This document shows, piece by piece, positions 1 to 9,306 of a stretch of 64,000 nt of DNA. Within the stretch, counting starts at the first letter, position 1; the number at the start of each line of letters is the position of its first letter. This DNA comes from Bacteroidia bacterium (GTDB taxonomy: Bacteria > Bacteroidota > Bacteroidia > NS11-12g > UBA9320), in the NCBI GenBank assembly GCA_965216465.1, contig CBDCFW010000005.1, positions 544,001 through 608,000 on the forward strand, read 5' to 3'. The notes below the pieces were generated by a model. It was not told the DNA's origin, ran no database searches, and saw only the letters and a list, made by a program, of their open reading frames with translations. The translations under genes were made by a program, and so were the position numbers.

Positions 1-879
1 CATTCCAAGAATGATGTAAATTCCAACAATAGAAAATCCATAAAACAATGCCATTTTTTTACCTTTAGCTTTGTCTTCTTGCTTAGTAAAGAAGGCAACT
101 GTCATCGGAATCATTGGGAAAACACAAGGTGTAAATAGTGCAAGTAAACCTCCACCCATTCCAAGTAAAAATAAGGTCCAGAGTGACTGTTTAGTAACAT
201 CATCTTCAGGGGCAGCATTTACCACCTCTGTTTCTTCATTTTCATCTGAAGTATTTGCCTCTTCACCATTCTCAGTTGTTTCTTCTCCTTCATCTCCTTC
301 TGCTCCTTCATCGGTAGGTTCTTCTCCTCCTTCGTCGGGATTATCAGAAGATGTTGGTTTGGTCTCATCAGGAGTATCTTGAGATGCTTCTGTTACATTC
401 AATCCTGTTAATGAAAAATCATGTGTAAAGTCTAAGCAACTACCGTCATTACAAATTTGGTAGCTTAATGTTCCTGACAGTTTAGGATTCATTCCAGTCA
501 CCTTAACCTTTTGAACCATTTTAGCTTCGTGCTTAAAGATTCGAATATCACCAGATCCGCAAACCAATTCCCAGATCTCATCGACATAGTCGATCGCTCC
601 CACTGGAGTTGGTCCATTGACTAAAGTCAAGTCACTTTTCTCAAATTTTATTTTTGTTTTTTGAGGTCCACAATCACCAAGATCATAATCATTCGAATAA
701 ATGTAGTGGTGATCTTCAATTGGAGCAGAGAAAACTACATCAACAATATCACCAACTTGAGCTTGATTTGTAGAAAACTTCTGAGACCAAGTTGTAGGTT
801 CAATATTGGCTTGTCCGTTTGCTGTAAAAAATAATCCGCTGCTAACAAACGTTAGAATCAGTAAAAGAAATTTTTTCAT
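1..879 (-). CDS. dsbD: Protein-disulfide reductase DsbD family, N-terminal part (runs off window start)
   Basis: Not in the ORF track. Minus-strand frame from ATG at 879 reads MKKFLLLILTFVSSG (signal peptide), YQICNDGSCL (DsbD-N Cys pair), an acidic linker, then LLALFTPCVFPMIPMTVAFF (DsbD TM motif). Confidence 0.85.
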   Translation of the reverse strand, partial: MKKFLLLILTFVSSGLFFTANGQANIEPTTWSQKFSTNQAQVGDIVDVVFSAPIEDHHYIYSNDYDLGDCGPQKTKIKFEKSDLTLVNGPTPVGAIDYVDEIWELVCGSGDIRIFKHEAKMVQKVKVTGMNPKLSGTLSYQICNDGSCLDFTHDFSLTGLNVTEASQDTPDETKPTSSDNPDEGGEEPTDEGAEGDEGEETTENGEEANTSDENEETEVVNAAPEDDVTKQSLWTLFLLGMGGGLLALFTPCVFPMIPMTVAFFTKQEDKAKGKKMALFYGFSIVGIYIILGM

Positions 880-1011
880 TAAGTGATTAAATATAACTTC
901 AAATAAAACGCTTTTAGATACATTTCATTACAAAAGATGTAGATAAGTGCATAAATGTTGCTTCAGCTGAGTTTCGCCTAAACTACTTTTGACCATTGCT
1001 TTAGAATTTTC

Positions 1012-2421
1012 ATGAGACCACTATTAGCCATATTTGTTGTTGCAATTGCAACTGGAGTTTTTGCCGAGAAGCAAACCCCTCAACAATATATTGAAAAGTA
1101 TAAGGATTTAGCTGTTATTGAAATGCATCGCAGCGGAGTTCCAGCCAGTATTACGCTTTCGCAAGGAATCCTCGAAAGTAACTCAGGAAACAGCAGGTTG
1201 GCGAAGTACGCAAACAACCATTTTGGCATCAAGTGTAAAGGCAGCTGGACAGGCAATGTAATCTATGCCGATGATGATGCACCAGATGAATGTTTTAGAG
1301 CTTACGATGATGTCTTGTCATCTTATCGCGACCATTCGAATTTCCTTAGAGAAAATTGGAGATATCACCCACTTTTCGAACTCGAACTTACCGACTACAA
1401 AGGATGGTGCCGTGGTCTGAGGAAGGCGGGATATGCTACAAATCCGCAGTACGGAAATATTTTAATCAATTTGATCGAACGCTATGAACTGCAAAAGTTT
1501 GACCGATTACCGCTTCCAGGAACTGGTTTACCTGCCCTTGAATTAGGAACTTCGGTAAATGGAGTGCCAGTTAAAACAGTTGAAGAAGGCGAAACTATAA
1601 ACTCCATCGCTTCTCAAAATTATGTGAAGGATAAGCACATCCGTAAATGGAATGACTTACCGAAGGATGCCGAAATTTCTGCTGGAGATATGGTTTACTT
1701 GAAACCAAAAAGACGTCGTGGCTCAGAAGCAGAACACAAGGTTGTTGAAGGAGAAAGCATGCACGACATTTCTCAGAAATATGGCATCAAAATGAAGCAG
1801 CTATACAAGAAGAACCGCATGGATTTTGGATCCCAGCCTAAAGCAGGTGAAACCTTATACATGCAGAAAAAACGAAGCTCAGAAGATGCTGTTCAATTGG
1901 CCGACCCAAAACCTCAGTGGGAAGAAAAGAAAGAAGAGAAATTTGTAAACCCTCACTCCAATGTAAATACTGAAGACATTGACTTTTCAAGTCCAGGAGC
2001 TCTGAACAAAAAAGACATTGATGTTCCTGATTTTCACACTGTTGAGAAAGGAGATAACATTTACCGAATCGCTGAAAAGTATCGCGTGTTTGAAGAAGAT
2101 CTGTTAGCGTGGAATGCTGATTTAAACCCAACTGCGATGAAAATCGGACAAAAGATTTACCTCTCGAAAGAAGCAGCGGAAGCAAACAATGCGACCACAG
2201 AAACAGCTCCCGAAGAGAAATCTCCAACTTCCGAAGAAGAAATAGAAAACATCAAAAAAGACATTACTGTTGACGGACCTATCACACATATTGTGGTTAA
2301 AGGTGACACTGTATATAATATTTGCAAACGTTACAACATCACTGAAGCCCAGCTTAAAGAGTGGAATAACTTAGAAACGATAACCATAAAGCTCGGAAGC
2401 AAACTTCAAGTATCTGAATAA
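1012..2421 (+). CDS. GH73 glucosaminidase (peptidoglycan hydrolase) with four LysM domains
   Basis: Signal peptide; QGILES, NNHFGIKC and GYATNP GH73 motifs; four H/K-x-V-x-x-G-D/E LysM repeats. Confidence 0.9.
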   Translation: MRPLLAIFVVAIATGVFAEKQTPQQYIEKYKDLAVIEMHRSGVPASITLSQGILESNSGNSRLAKYANNHFGIKCKGSWTGNVIYADDDAPDECFRAYDDVLSSYRDHSNFLRENWRYHPLFELELTDYKGWCRGLRKAGYATNPQYGNILINLIERYELQKFDRLPLPGTGLPALELGTSVNGVPVKTVEEGETINSIASQNYVKDKHIRKWNDLPKDAEISAGDMVYLKPKRRRGSEAEHKVVEGESMHDISQKYGIKMKQLYKKNRMDFGSQPKAGETLYMQKKRSSEDAVQLADPKPQWEEKKEEKFVNPHSNVNTEDIDFSSPGALNKKDIDVPDFHTVEKGDNIYRIAEKYRVFEEDLLAWNADLNPTAMKIGQKIYLSKEAAEANNATTETAPEEKSPTSEEEIENIKKDITVDGPITHIVVKGDTVYNICKRYNITEAQLKEWNNLETITIKLGSKLQVSE

Positions 2422-3863
2422 TGACGCCAAGTCAAACACTGCTCATACTCGTTGCCTATTTTGGATTGCTAATCCTCATATCGTGGCTAACTTCGAGAAA
2501 TTCAGATAGCACTTCATTTTACACTGGAAACAGAAAGTCGCCCTGGTATTTGGTTGCTTTTGGAATGATAGGGGCATCACTATCAGGTGTTACCTTTCTT
2601 TCGGTTCCAGGTTGGGTGAGCACTACACACTTTGGTTACATGCAAACTGTGATGGGTTACATGGTGGGCTATCTCATCATTGCTTTAGTGCTTCTTCCCC
2701 TCTACTACCGCTTAAAACTAACTTCGATATACACCTATCTTGAAACGAGATTTGGATTTTACTCCTACAAGACGGGGGCAGCTTATTTCTTGCTTTCGCG
2801 TGTTATTGGTGCTTCGTTTCGTTTGTTTCTGGTTGCCAGTGTTTTGCACATGGCCATATTTGAACCTTTTGGATTTCCGTACTGGTCTACAGTAGCGATC
2901 ACCATTATCTTAATTTTTACCTACACGGCTAAAAGTGGAATAAAAACAGTGGTTTACACCGATGCTTTGCAGACCTTCTTTTTGCTTGCCGCAGTAGTAC
3001 TGACCATTTATTTCATCATGGGTTCCTTAGATTGGAGTTTAATGGACACCATTTCTCATCTTCGTCAAGATCCCAATACGCAGATATTCCATTTTGAAGG
3101 AAATGGCAACAATGTATTTTGGAAACAATTTCTTGGTGGTGCCTTTATTGCTCTGGCCATGACAGGTTTGGATCAAGACATGATGCAGAAGAATTTGAGT
3201 ATTAGTAATATAAAATCAGCACAAAAGAACATCTACATCCAAATGGCTTTGTTCTTGGTGGTGAACATTGTTTTTCTAAGCTTAGGAGCATTGTTGTACC
3301 ACTACGTTGAGGTAAATCAAATTACGGGAATAGCTAAATCAGACCAGTTATTTACAACTGTAGCCTTACAAGCGAGTCCAATTGTTGGGGTATTCTTTGT
3401 GATAGGATTGGTCGCTGCTGCATATTCAAGTGCAGATAGTGCCTTAACCGCCTTAACAACGAGTTTTTGTGTAGACTTTCTTGGCTTTGAACGGACGAAA
3501 CCAACCGATGTAAAAGTGAGAAGAGCTGTTCATATTGCATTCGCAGTGATTTTGTTTTTTGTAATTTTACTTTTCAATCAAATTAACAACGCAGCGGTTA
3601 TAAAAGAGCTGTTCACTGCAGCCGGATTCACCTATGGCCCCCTGCTCGGACTCTTTGCTTTTGGAATACTTACAAACAACAAAATAAACGATAAACACGT
3701 TATACCTATTACACTCATCTCTATTGGAGCTACTGCTTTCTATTATTGGGGACTTCCAGAACTTATTTCAGGCTTTAAGGCCGGATTTGAATTGATCATT
3801 ATTAATGGTCTGGTAACCTTTCTGCTTTTATTGGGAGATAGTGCATTAACAAACAAAGAATAA
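2421..3863 (+). CDS. Sodium:solute symporter (SSS) family transporter
   Basis: Multi-TM protein; SLSGVTFLSVPG, YLETRFG and GLDQDMMQK SSS motifs; TAATG overlap with the upstream gene. Confidence 0.9.
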   Translation: MTPSQTLLILVAYFGLLILISWLTSRNSDSTSFYTGNRKSPWYLVAFGMIGASLSGVTFLSVPGWVSTTHFGYMQTVMGYMVGYLIIALVLLPLYYRLKLTSIYTYLETRFGFYSYKTGAAYFLLSRVIGASFRLFLVASVLHMAIFEPFGFPYWSTVAITIILIFTYTAKSGIKTVVYTDALQTFFLLAAVVLTIYFIMGSLDWSLMDTISHLRQDPNTQIFHFEGNGNNVFWKQFLGGAFIALAMTGLDQDMMQKNLSISNIKSAQKNIYIQMALFLVVNIVFLSLGALLYHYVEVNQITGIAKSDQLFTTVALQASPIVGVFFVIGLVAAAYSSADSALTALTTSFCVDFLGFERTKPTDVKVRRAVHIAFAVILFFVILLFNQINNAAVIKELFTAAGFTYGPLLGLFAFGILTNNKINDKHVIPITLISIGATAFYYWGLPELISGFKAGFELIIINGLVTFLLLLGDSALTNKE

Positions 3864-3866
3864 CAT

Positions 3867-4580
3867 ATGACAGAGAAAAATCAAGAAAGAATAAGAAAGG
3901 CCTTTGCTAATCAAGACTGGCCAGAGATTAAGAGCTCATACAGCTGGAATATTTTTAAGGTGATGGCTGAATTTGTAGAAGGCTATGATACTTTAGCTAA
4001 GATTGGCCCGTGCGTATCTGTATTTGGGTCAGCTCGTACACAACCAGGAACTCCATACTATGAAATGGCTGTTGAAATTGGTCAAAAATTAGCCGCTCAA
4101 GGATTAGGAGTAATTACAGGAGGAGGTCCAGGTATTATGGAAGCCGGAAACAAAGGTGCTAGTACAGAAAAAGGAGCTTCGGTTGGATTAAACATTGAAC
4201 TTCCATTTGAACAAACTGCGAACCCATACATCGACCGTGATAAAGAAATTAACTTCAACTTCTTCTTTGTAAGAAAAGTGATGTTTATGAAATATGCTCA
4301 AGGGTTTATTGTGTTACCAGGCGGATTCGGAACACTTGACGAGTTGTTCGAGGCATTAACGCTTGTACAAACACAGAAAACAGCGAAGTTCCCAATCATC
4401 TTGGTTGGTTCTGAGTTCTGGGGAGGATTGATGGATTGGATAAAAGATGTACTGCTCGCAAAAGAAAAGAATATCAGTCCTGAAGACATGTATTTATTCA
4501 AGCTGGTTGATACAGCCGATGAAGCTGTAAATGAAATATTTGATTTCTACAGCAAATACAGCATGAGTCTGAATTTCTAA
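3867..4580 (+). CDS. LOG family (TIGR00730) Rossmann-fold phosphoribohydrolase
   Basis: VFGSAR, TGGGPGIME and PGGFGTLDELFE motifs. Confidence 0.92.
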   Translation: MTEKNQERIRKAFANQDWPEIKSSYSWNIFKVMAEFVEGYDTLAKIGPCVSVFGSARTQPGTPYYEMAVEIGQKLAAQGLGVITGGGPGIMEAGNKGASTEKGASVGLNIELPFEQTANPYIDRDKEINFNFFFVRKVMFMKYAQGFIVLPGGFGTLDELFEALTLVQTQKTAKFPIILVGSEFWGGLMDWIKDVLLAKEKNISPEDMYLFKLVDTADEAVNEIFDFYSKYSMSLNF

Positions 4581-4606
4581 CTATCTTTGAAATCAATTTT
4601 ATTGTT

Positions 4607-5134
4607 ATGAAAAAATTACTTTTTGTGGCGTTTATCGCCTTTAGTCTTGCTTCGTGTAAAGAAGCAACAACAACCCCTGATGGCAGTAATGATGGGAACA
4701 ACGCCGTTACTATAGAAGGCGTTTGGAACTTTGATAAGATCGAACAAATTAACGGAACTATGAAGCTTAATGGAGCGGCGTTAGGTACGTTTTCAGCTTC
4801 AAGCAGCAATGAATCAGGAACTGCAGAGTTTAAATCTGACGGTACAATGACAAGCACAGTTGCTTATACGCAGACTACAATTATGCAACTTACCGGTTTA
4901 CCAGAACAAGAAATTGTTAATGAAGTTCCGCAAACAACTACAACTGGAGAGTATGTTTACGATGAGGATAACAGCACAATTACCTTAACGGCAAATGGAC
5001 AAACTCAAGAAGCAGAAGTTGTTGAATTGACAGCAAGTAAATTCGTTTACAAAATCGATTTTGTTACCTCACAAACGGAAAACGGTGTAACAACGACTTC
5101 TGAATCAGAAATCGTTACTACTTTCTCTCGTTAA
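4607..5134 (+). CDS. Lipocalin-like lipoprotein
   Basis: Lipobox LASC; IEGVW (GxW) motif; beta-rich sequence; TATCTTTG promoter element just upstream. Confidence 0.65.
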   Translation: MKKLLFVAFIAFSLASCKEATTTPDGSNDGNNAVTIEGVWNFDKIEQINGTMKLNGAALGTFSASSSNESGTAEFKSDGTMTSTVAYTQTTIMQLTGLPEQEIVNEVPQTTTTGEYVYDEDNSTITLTANGQTQEAEVVELTASKFVYKIDFVTSQTENGVTTTSESEIVTTFSR

Positions 5135-5142
5135 AAGAAACT

Positions 5143-6489
5143 TTGGATAAATTTTCAGAAACCATAGCAGCTCCTGCTACTCCGTCTGGTATATCAGCAC
5201 TTGCAGTAGTTCGGGTTTCTGGGAATGATGCCATTTCCATCTTAAATAAATGTTTTACTAAGGACGTTGCTGACGCGAGTCCTTATACCATTCATTACGG
5301 TCATATCGTTGATGGCGAAACTAAGATTGATGAGGTATTGGTAAGCATTTTTAGAAATCCTCAATCGTATACTGGTGAAGATTCAGTTGAAATTTCTGGA
5401 CACGGTTCGCCGTACATTACCAAACGAATTCTTGAAACTTTAGTGAAATACGGAGCTCGAATTGCCGAGCCTGGTGAGTTCACTTTGCGTGCTTTTTTGA
5501 ATAAGAAGATTGATCTTGCACAAGCTGAAGCTGTGGCGGACATGATCTCGAGCAACAGCGAAGCAAGCTTGCAAATGGCTTTAAGTCAGATGCGTGGTGG
5601 CTTTAGTAATGATATTGCCTTCTTACGCCAAGAACTGATCGATTTTGCTGCTTTAATTGAGCTGGAAAATGACTTTGGTGAAGAGGATGTTGAATTCGCA
5701 GACCGCGATCGGTTGAAATCTCTGATTGACAAGCTGCTTACTCAAATTGAAAAGCTTCGCTCCTCCTTTGCAGCAGGGAATGTGTTAAAACATGGAATCA
5801 GTACGGTGATTGCCGGAAAGCCCAATGCCGGAAAAAGCACCTTGTTGAATGCATTGCTGAATGAAGAAAGGGCAATTGTATCTGATATTGAAGGAACCAC
5901 CAGAGACACGATTGAAGAAGTTTTTGTGTTGAATGGAATTCAATTCCGATTGATTGACACTGCTGGATTACGTGAAAGCTCAGACCATATTGAAAAGATT
6001 GGTGTAGGCAAAACCAAGGAGCATATGGAGAAGGCTGAGTTGATTGTCTATCTCTTCGATTTAAAAAGCACAACTCCCGAATCGTTGCAAGAAGAGATCA
6101 AAGATCTGCCTGATTCAAACGAATTGGTATTGGTCGCCAACAAAATTGACGGAGTAGAATACAAGACCAAAGATTGGCCAAAGAATACTGTCTTCATTTC
6201 TGCAAAACAGAAAGATATATCTCCACTAATTACAAAGCTTGAAACTATTGCCAACCAATATGAGTTTGGCAACGAGACGATTGTAAACAATGCTCGTCAT
6301 GCCGATGCTCTCACCAAGTCGTCTATCGCTTTAAATCAGGTCATTTCCGGCTTAGATTCAGGAATGACCAGCGACATGGTAGCTTTAGATATTCGAAACG
6401 CCTTGTATCAACTAGGATTAATCACCGGTGAGGTGACAAATGACGAGGTGTTGGATTCGATTTTTACGCGGTTTTGTATTGGTAAATGA
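5143..6489 (+). CDS. mnmE: tRNA modification GTPase MnmE (TrmE)
   Basis: SYTGED, GEFTLRAFLN, GKPNAGKS, GTTRD, DTAG, NKID and C-terminal FCIGK motifs. Confidence 0.97.
   Translation: MDKFSETIAAPATPSGISALAVVRVSGNDAISILNKCFTKDVADASPYTIHYGHIVDGETKIDEVLVSIFRNPQSYTGEDSVEISGHGSPYITKRILETLVKYGARIAEPGEFTLRAFLNKKIDLAQAEAVADMISSNSEASLQMALSQMRGGFSNDIAFLRQELIDFAALIELENDFGEEDVEFADRDRLKSLIDKLLTQIEKLRSSFAAGNVLKHGISTVIAGKPNAGKSTLLNALLNEERAIVSDIEGTTRDTIEEVFVLNGIQFRLIDTAGLRESSDHIEKIGVGKTKEHMEKAELIVYLFDLKSTTPESLQEEIKDLPDSNELVLVANKIDGVEYKTKDWPKNTVFISAKQKDISPLITKLETIANQYEFGNETIVNNARHADALTKSSIALNQVISGLDSGMTSDMVALDIRNALYQLGLITGEVTNDEVLDSIFTRFCIGK
6472..6489 (+). repeat. att core copy 1 (mnmE 3' end, FCIGK*)
   Basis: TTTTGTATTGGTAAATGA; related copies at 19781 and 28627. 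Confidence 0.8.
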
Positions 6490-6673
6490 GATATCCCTGA
6501 TTACACCTGCAAATACCATCACAATCCACTCCCACCAACAATTCTTAAAATTCTCGATTAGTTTACTCAAGTTTCTTCTGGTATCCACTGGTTAAGAGGA
6601 TGTTACAAAAATGTATCTCAGGATTCGTACCGAGATAAAAACCGTTACATTGGCAGTAAAAAGGTGAAATGAT

Positions 6674-6728
6674 GACATCTCCAGACAGCTTGTGACATCT
6701 CGAGATAGTTCAGGACATCCTTAGACAT
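6674..6728 (+). promoter_or_regulatory. Helically phased direct repeats upstream of the excisionase (putative Xis/wHTH binding array)
   Basis: GACA/GATA at 6674, 6684, 6694, 6704, 6714 and 6724 (10-bp period); GACATC every 20 bp. Confidence 0.6.
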
Positions 6729-6729
6729 T

Positions 6730-7089
6730 ATGAGTTCAAACATGAGATTGAATAAGGTCTGTATTGAATGTGGTAACAACTACATCGCACAGACCACGGT
6801 AACTAAATACTGTTCGCACAAATGTGCGAGCAAATCATACAAAAGAAGAGTTCGAGATCAGAAGCTAAAAGAGTTCAATGAGAAGGAATTAACTATCCGA
6901 ACTCAGCTTATCAAACACCCTGAATTATCTGAAAGACCCGTCTTATCAATTGACGAGACCTGTACACTCATTGGGATAAGTAAACCTACATTCTTTAGAA
7001 TGAGTAGAGCAGGTCAGATCGAGACTACCAAGATTGGTAGAAGGGTCTTCGTATCACGTAAAGAAATCAAAAGAATATTTAAGTTATGA
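6730..7089 (+). CDS. Excisionase-like HTH_17 protein with N-terminal Cys4 Zn ribbon
   Basis: CIEC...YCSHKC; C-terminal LSIDETCTLIGISKPTFFRM...KIGRRV MerR-like wHTH; ATGA overlap with the integrase. Confidence 0.8.
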   Translation: MSSNMRLNKVCIECGNNYIAQTTVTKYCSHKCASKSYKRRVRDQKLKEFNEKELTIRTQLIKHPELSERPVLSIDETCTLIGISKPTFFRMSRAGQIETTKIGRRVFVSRKEIKRIFKL

Positions 7090-8204
7090 ATCACAAAGTA
7101 CACTTGCGTAAAACGCTAAACAGAACAGGAGAGAAATTCTGGTGGAAGTTAGACTTCGCACCTAAACTCAGAGATCCAGAAACAGGTAAACTAACTCGCT
7201 TCAAGGCATTAGGCATATTTACTTATGCCAAGGTCAGAACTCCATTTGAACGGCACCACAATCAGGAAATGAAGGTCCTTTTAGACAATACACTCCTGCA
7301 AGTCAAGATTAAGCTAGTAAATGACGAATTGGACTTCATCAAGGTAGACAACGGACAAAAGGACTTCCTTGAGTATTTTCTAGAACTAGCTGAAAAGAGA
7401 CGCACCAGTAAGTCCAATCACTCTAAGTGGATAATAGTACATAAATACCTTAAAGAGTTTGCTGGGTCAGTCCGTTTTAATGAAATAGACAGAGTTTTCG
7501 CTCAACGCTTTGGCGAGTACCTAAAGAACAAGCCTCACAGCAAAATCAAAGGCAAGACAATCTCAGCTAACTCAGCAGCATCCTATTTCTCCAAGTTCAT
7601 CTTTGCTTTGAAGCAAGGCTACAAGGATGGTTTTCTACCTAAGAATGTAGCTGCCGAGATTGACAGGATAAAGACTACTGAAACGAAACGCATCTTTCTA
7701 ACTCACGAAGAGGTATCTCTACTAATTGAAACTGAATGCTACGACACTATTCTAAAACGATGCTGCATCTTCATGACCTACACTGGAATGCGTGTTAGCG
7801 ATGCTGAAAGACTCAAATGGGGAGATATCGAATACAGTAAAGACGTCGGTTACTTTATACGATTCAGACATCAGAAGACTAAATCTGAGCAAACCCTACC
7901 GATTACAACTGAAGCTTACGAGCTTCTAGGGGATAGAGGTGAAGATGATGAACCTGTGTTCAAAAAATTTAAAAGACGATACCCGGAACTTAAACGATGG
8001 GTAGCTGCAGCCGGAATAAAAAAGAATGTGGGACTGCATACTTTTAGGCACACAGCGGCCACCCTCCTACTTAATGCAGGAGTGGCCATCTACACGGTAT
8101 CCAGGATCTTAAACCACAAAGACTTGAAAACTACAGCAGTTTATGCTAACTTACTAGACAAAACCAAGGCAGAGGCCGTAAGTAAGATTAGTTTTAAAAT
8201 ATGA
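7086..8204 (+). CDS. Tyrosine recombinase/integrase
   Basis: Full catalytic set: TGMR, QKT, HTFRH, LNH, VYA; N-terminal SAM-like core-binding region. Confidence 0.95.
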   Translation: MNHKVHLRKTLNRTGEKFWWKLDFAPKLRDPETGKLTRFKALGIFTYAKVRTPFERHHNQEMKVLLDNTLLQVKIKLVNDELDFIKVDNGQKDFLEYFLELAEKRRTSKSNHSKWIIVHKYLKEFAGSVRFNEIDRVFAQRFGEYLKNKPHSKIKGKTISANSAASYFSKFIFALKQGYKDGFLPKNVAAEIDRIKTTETKRIFLTHEEVSLLIETECYDTILKRCCIFMTYTGMRVSDAERLKWGDIEYSKDVGYFIRFRHQKTKSEQTLPITTEAYELLGDRGEDDEPVFKKFKRRYPELKRWVAAAGIKKNVGLHTFRHTAATLLLNAGVAIYTVSRILNHKDLKTTAVYANLLDKTKAEAVSKISFKI

Positions 8205-8905
8205 CACCAACTGAGAGAGCCAAATTTGTTTTTGACGAGATTTTCCTAAAGTCCGATGGACAGTACCTTTTTCCAATATCTACATCTGAGCAGATGAGAT
8301 TAGAGATAAACAGATACTTGAAGGAAATAAAGACGAAATTGAATAGGACGATCTTCTTAGCAGAGCTTCTAAATCTTCTTGATCGGCAATACCTTGAAAG
8401 AATTCGGTTACAAGAGAGGGATATGTATGGTGTGATTCTTTCAAATCATGAAACAATACTAGCCCTAGAAGCCTGGTTAATTGACCTAATTGATACAACA
8501 CGACGAGAACAAAGCAGGAAGAAGACAAGAAAAGTCACAATCACTAAGGACGCTCAAATAAACCAGCCTGCATTTATTGATTTTCTTGAACATTACATAT
8601 TTGATTATGCAAAACGGGAAGATCTTCTGTTATTCTTCTCCTATCCGTACAAGAGGCCAAAAAATCAACTAAAACTTGCTGTTTCGATTCCTGCATTTGC
8701 ATATCTTATAGATCGTCTTGGAAAAACTGCAACAAGAGACTCGAAATGGCACGACTTAACTCAAGACAAAGTCCTAACCAGTACAACAGGAAAGCCTATA
8801 AACCGTGGTCACTTAGCTAATGCCAATAGTACTGGTAAAAAAAAGACAGAAATCTATTCGATTATTGATGAAAAAATGAAACTCATCAAGAAAAAACACT
8901 CATAA
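8201..8905 (+). CDS. Hypothetical protein of the integrase operon
   Basis: 234-aa ORF overlapping the integrase stop (ATGA); no motif recognised. Confidence 0.6.
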   Translation: MTPTERAKFVFDEIFLKSDGQYLFPISTSEQMRLEINRYLKEIKTKLNRTIFLAELLNLLDRQYLERIRLQERDMYGVILSNHETILALEAWLIDLIDTTRREQSRKKTRKVTITKDAQINQPAFIDFLEHYIFDYAKREDLLLFFSYPYKRPKNQLKLAVSIPAFAYLIDRLGKTATRDSKWHDLTQDKVLTSTTGKPINRGHLANANSTGKKKTEIYSIIDEKMKLIKKKHS

Positions 8906-8967
8906 TTCAATCTGCTCTTAGTGTTCCAAATTTTATCTCTCATTCTCTGCCGTATTTCGAATGAAAT

Positions 8968-9306
8968 ATGTCAGAGATCACTGTCATACAACTCAGTCAA
9001 GAAGAACTAAGAGCTATTATTCGCAACGAAGTTTCAGCTATTCTCAAAGAGGAACTAAAGAACCTATCTGCATCATCAGGCACTAATGTTTTCTTGACTA
9101 TTGAACAGGCTGCTGAGTACATCTGCTTCTCCCCTGACCACCTACGAAAGATGTGTCAGCAGAGAAAGATTGTAGCTCACAAAGTTTCAAATAAGTGGCT
9201 ATTCAAAAAGTCAGATCTTGATGAGTTTGTATCTCAGGGCAGAATTTTCACTGATGTACAGATCTCCAACGCATCAGAAAGAATCATAAATAAGATTTTA
9301 CAATGA
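8968..9306 (+). CDS. HTH_17 excisionase-like DNA-binding protein
   Basis: FLTIEQAAEYICFSPDHLRKM...KWLFKKSDLDEF. Confidence 0.85.
   Translation: MSEITVIQLSQEELRAIIRNEVSAILKEELKNLSASSGTNVFLTIEQAAEYICFSPDHLRKMCQQRKIVAHKVSNKWLFKKSDLDEFVSQGRIFTDVQISNASERIINKILQ

Noticed and set aside
71-382. Ser/Pro-rich 103-aa ORF on the plus strand
   Set aside because: Antisense shadow of the acidic linker of dsbD.
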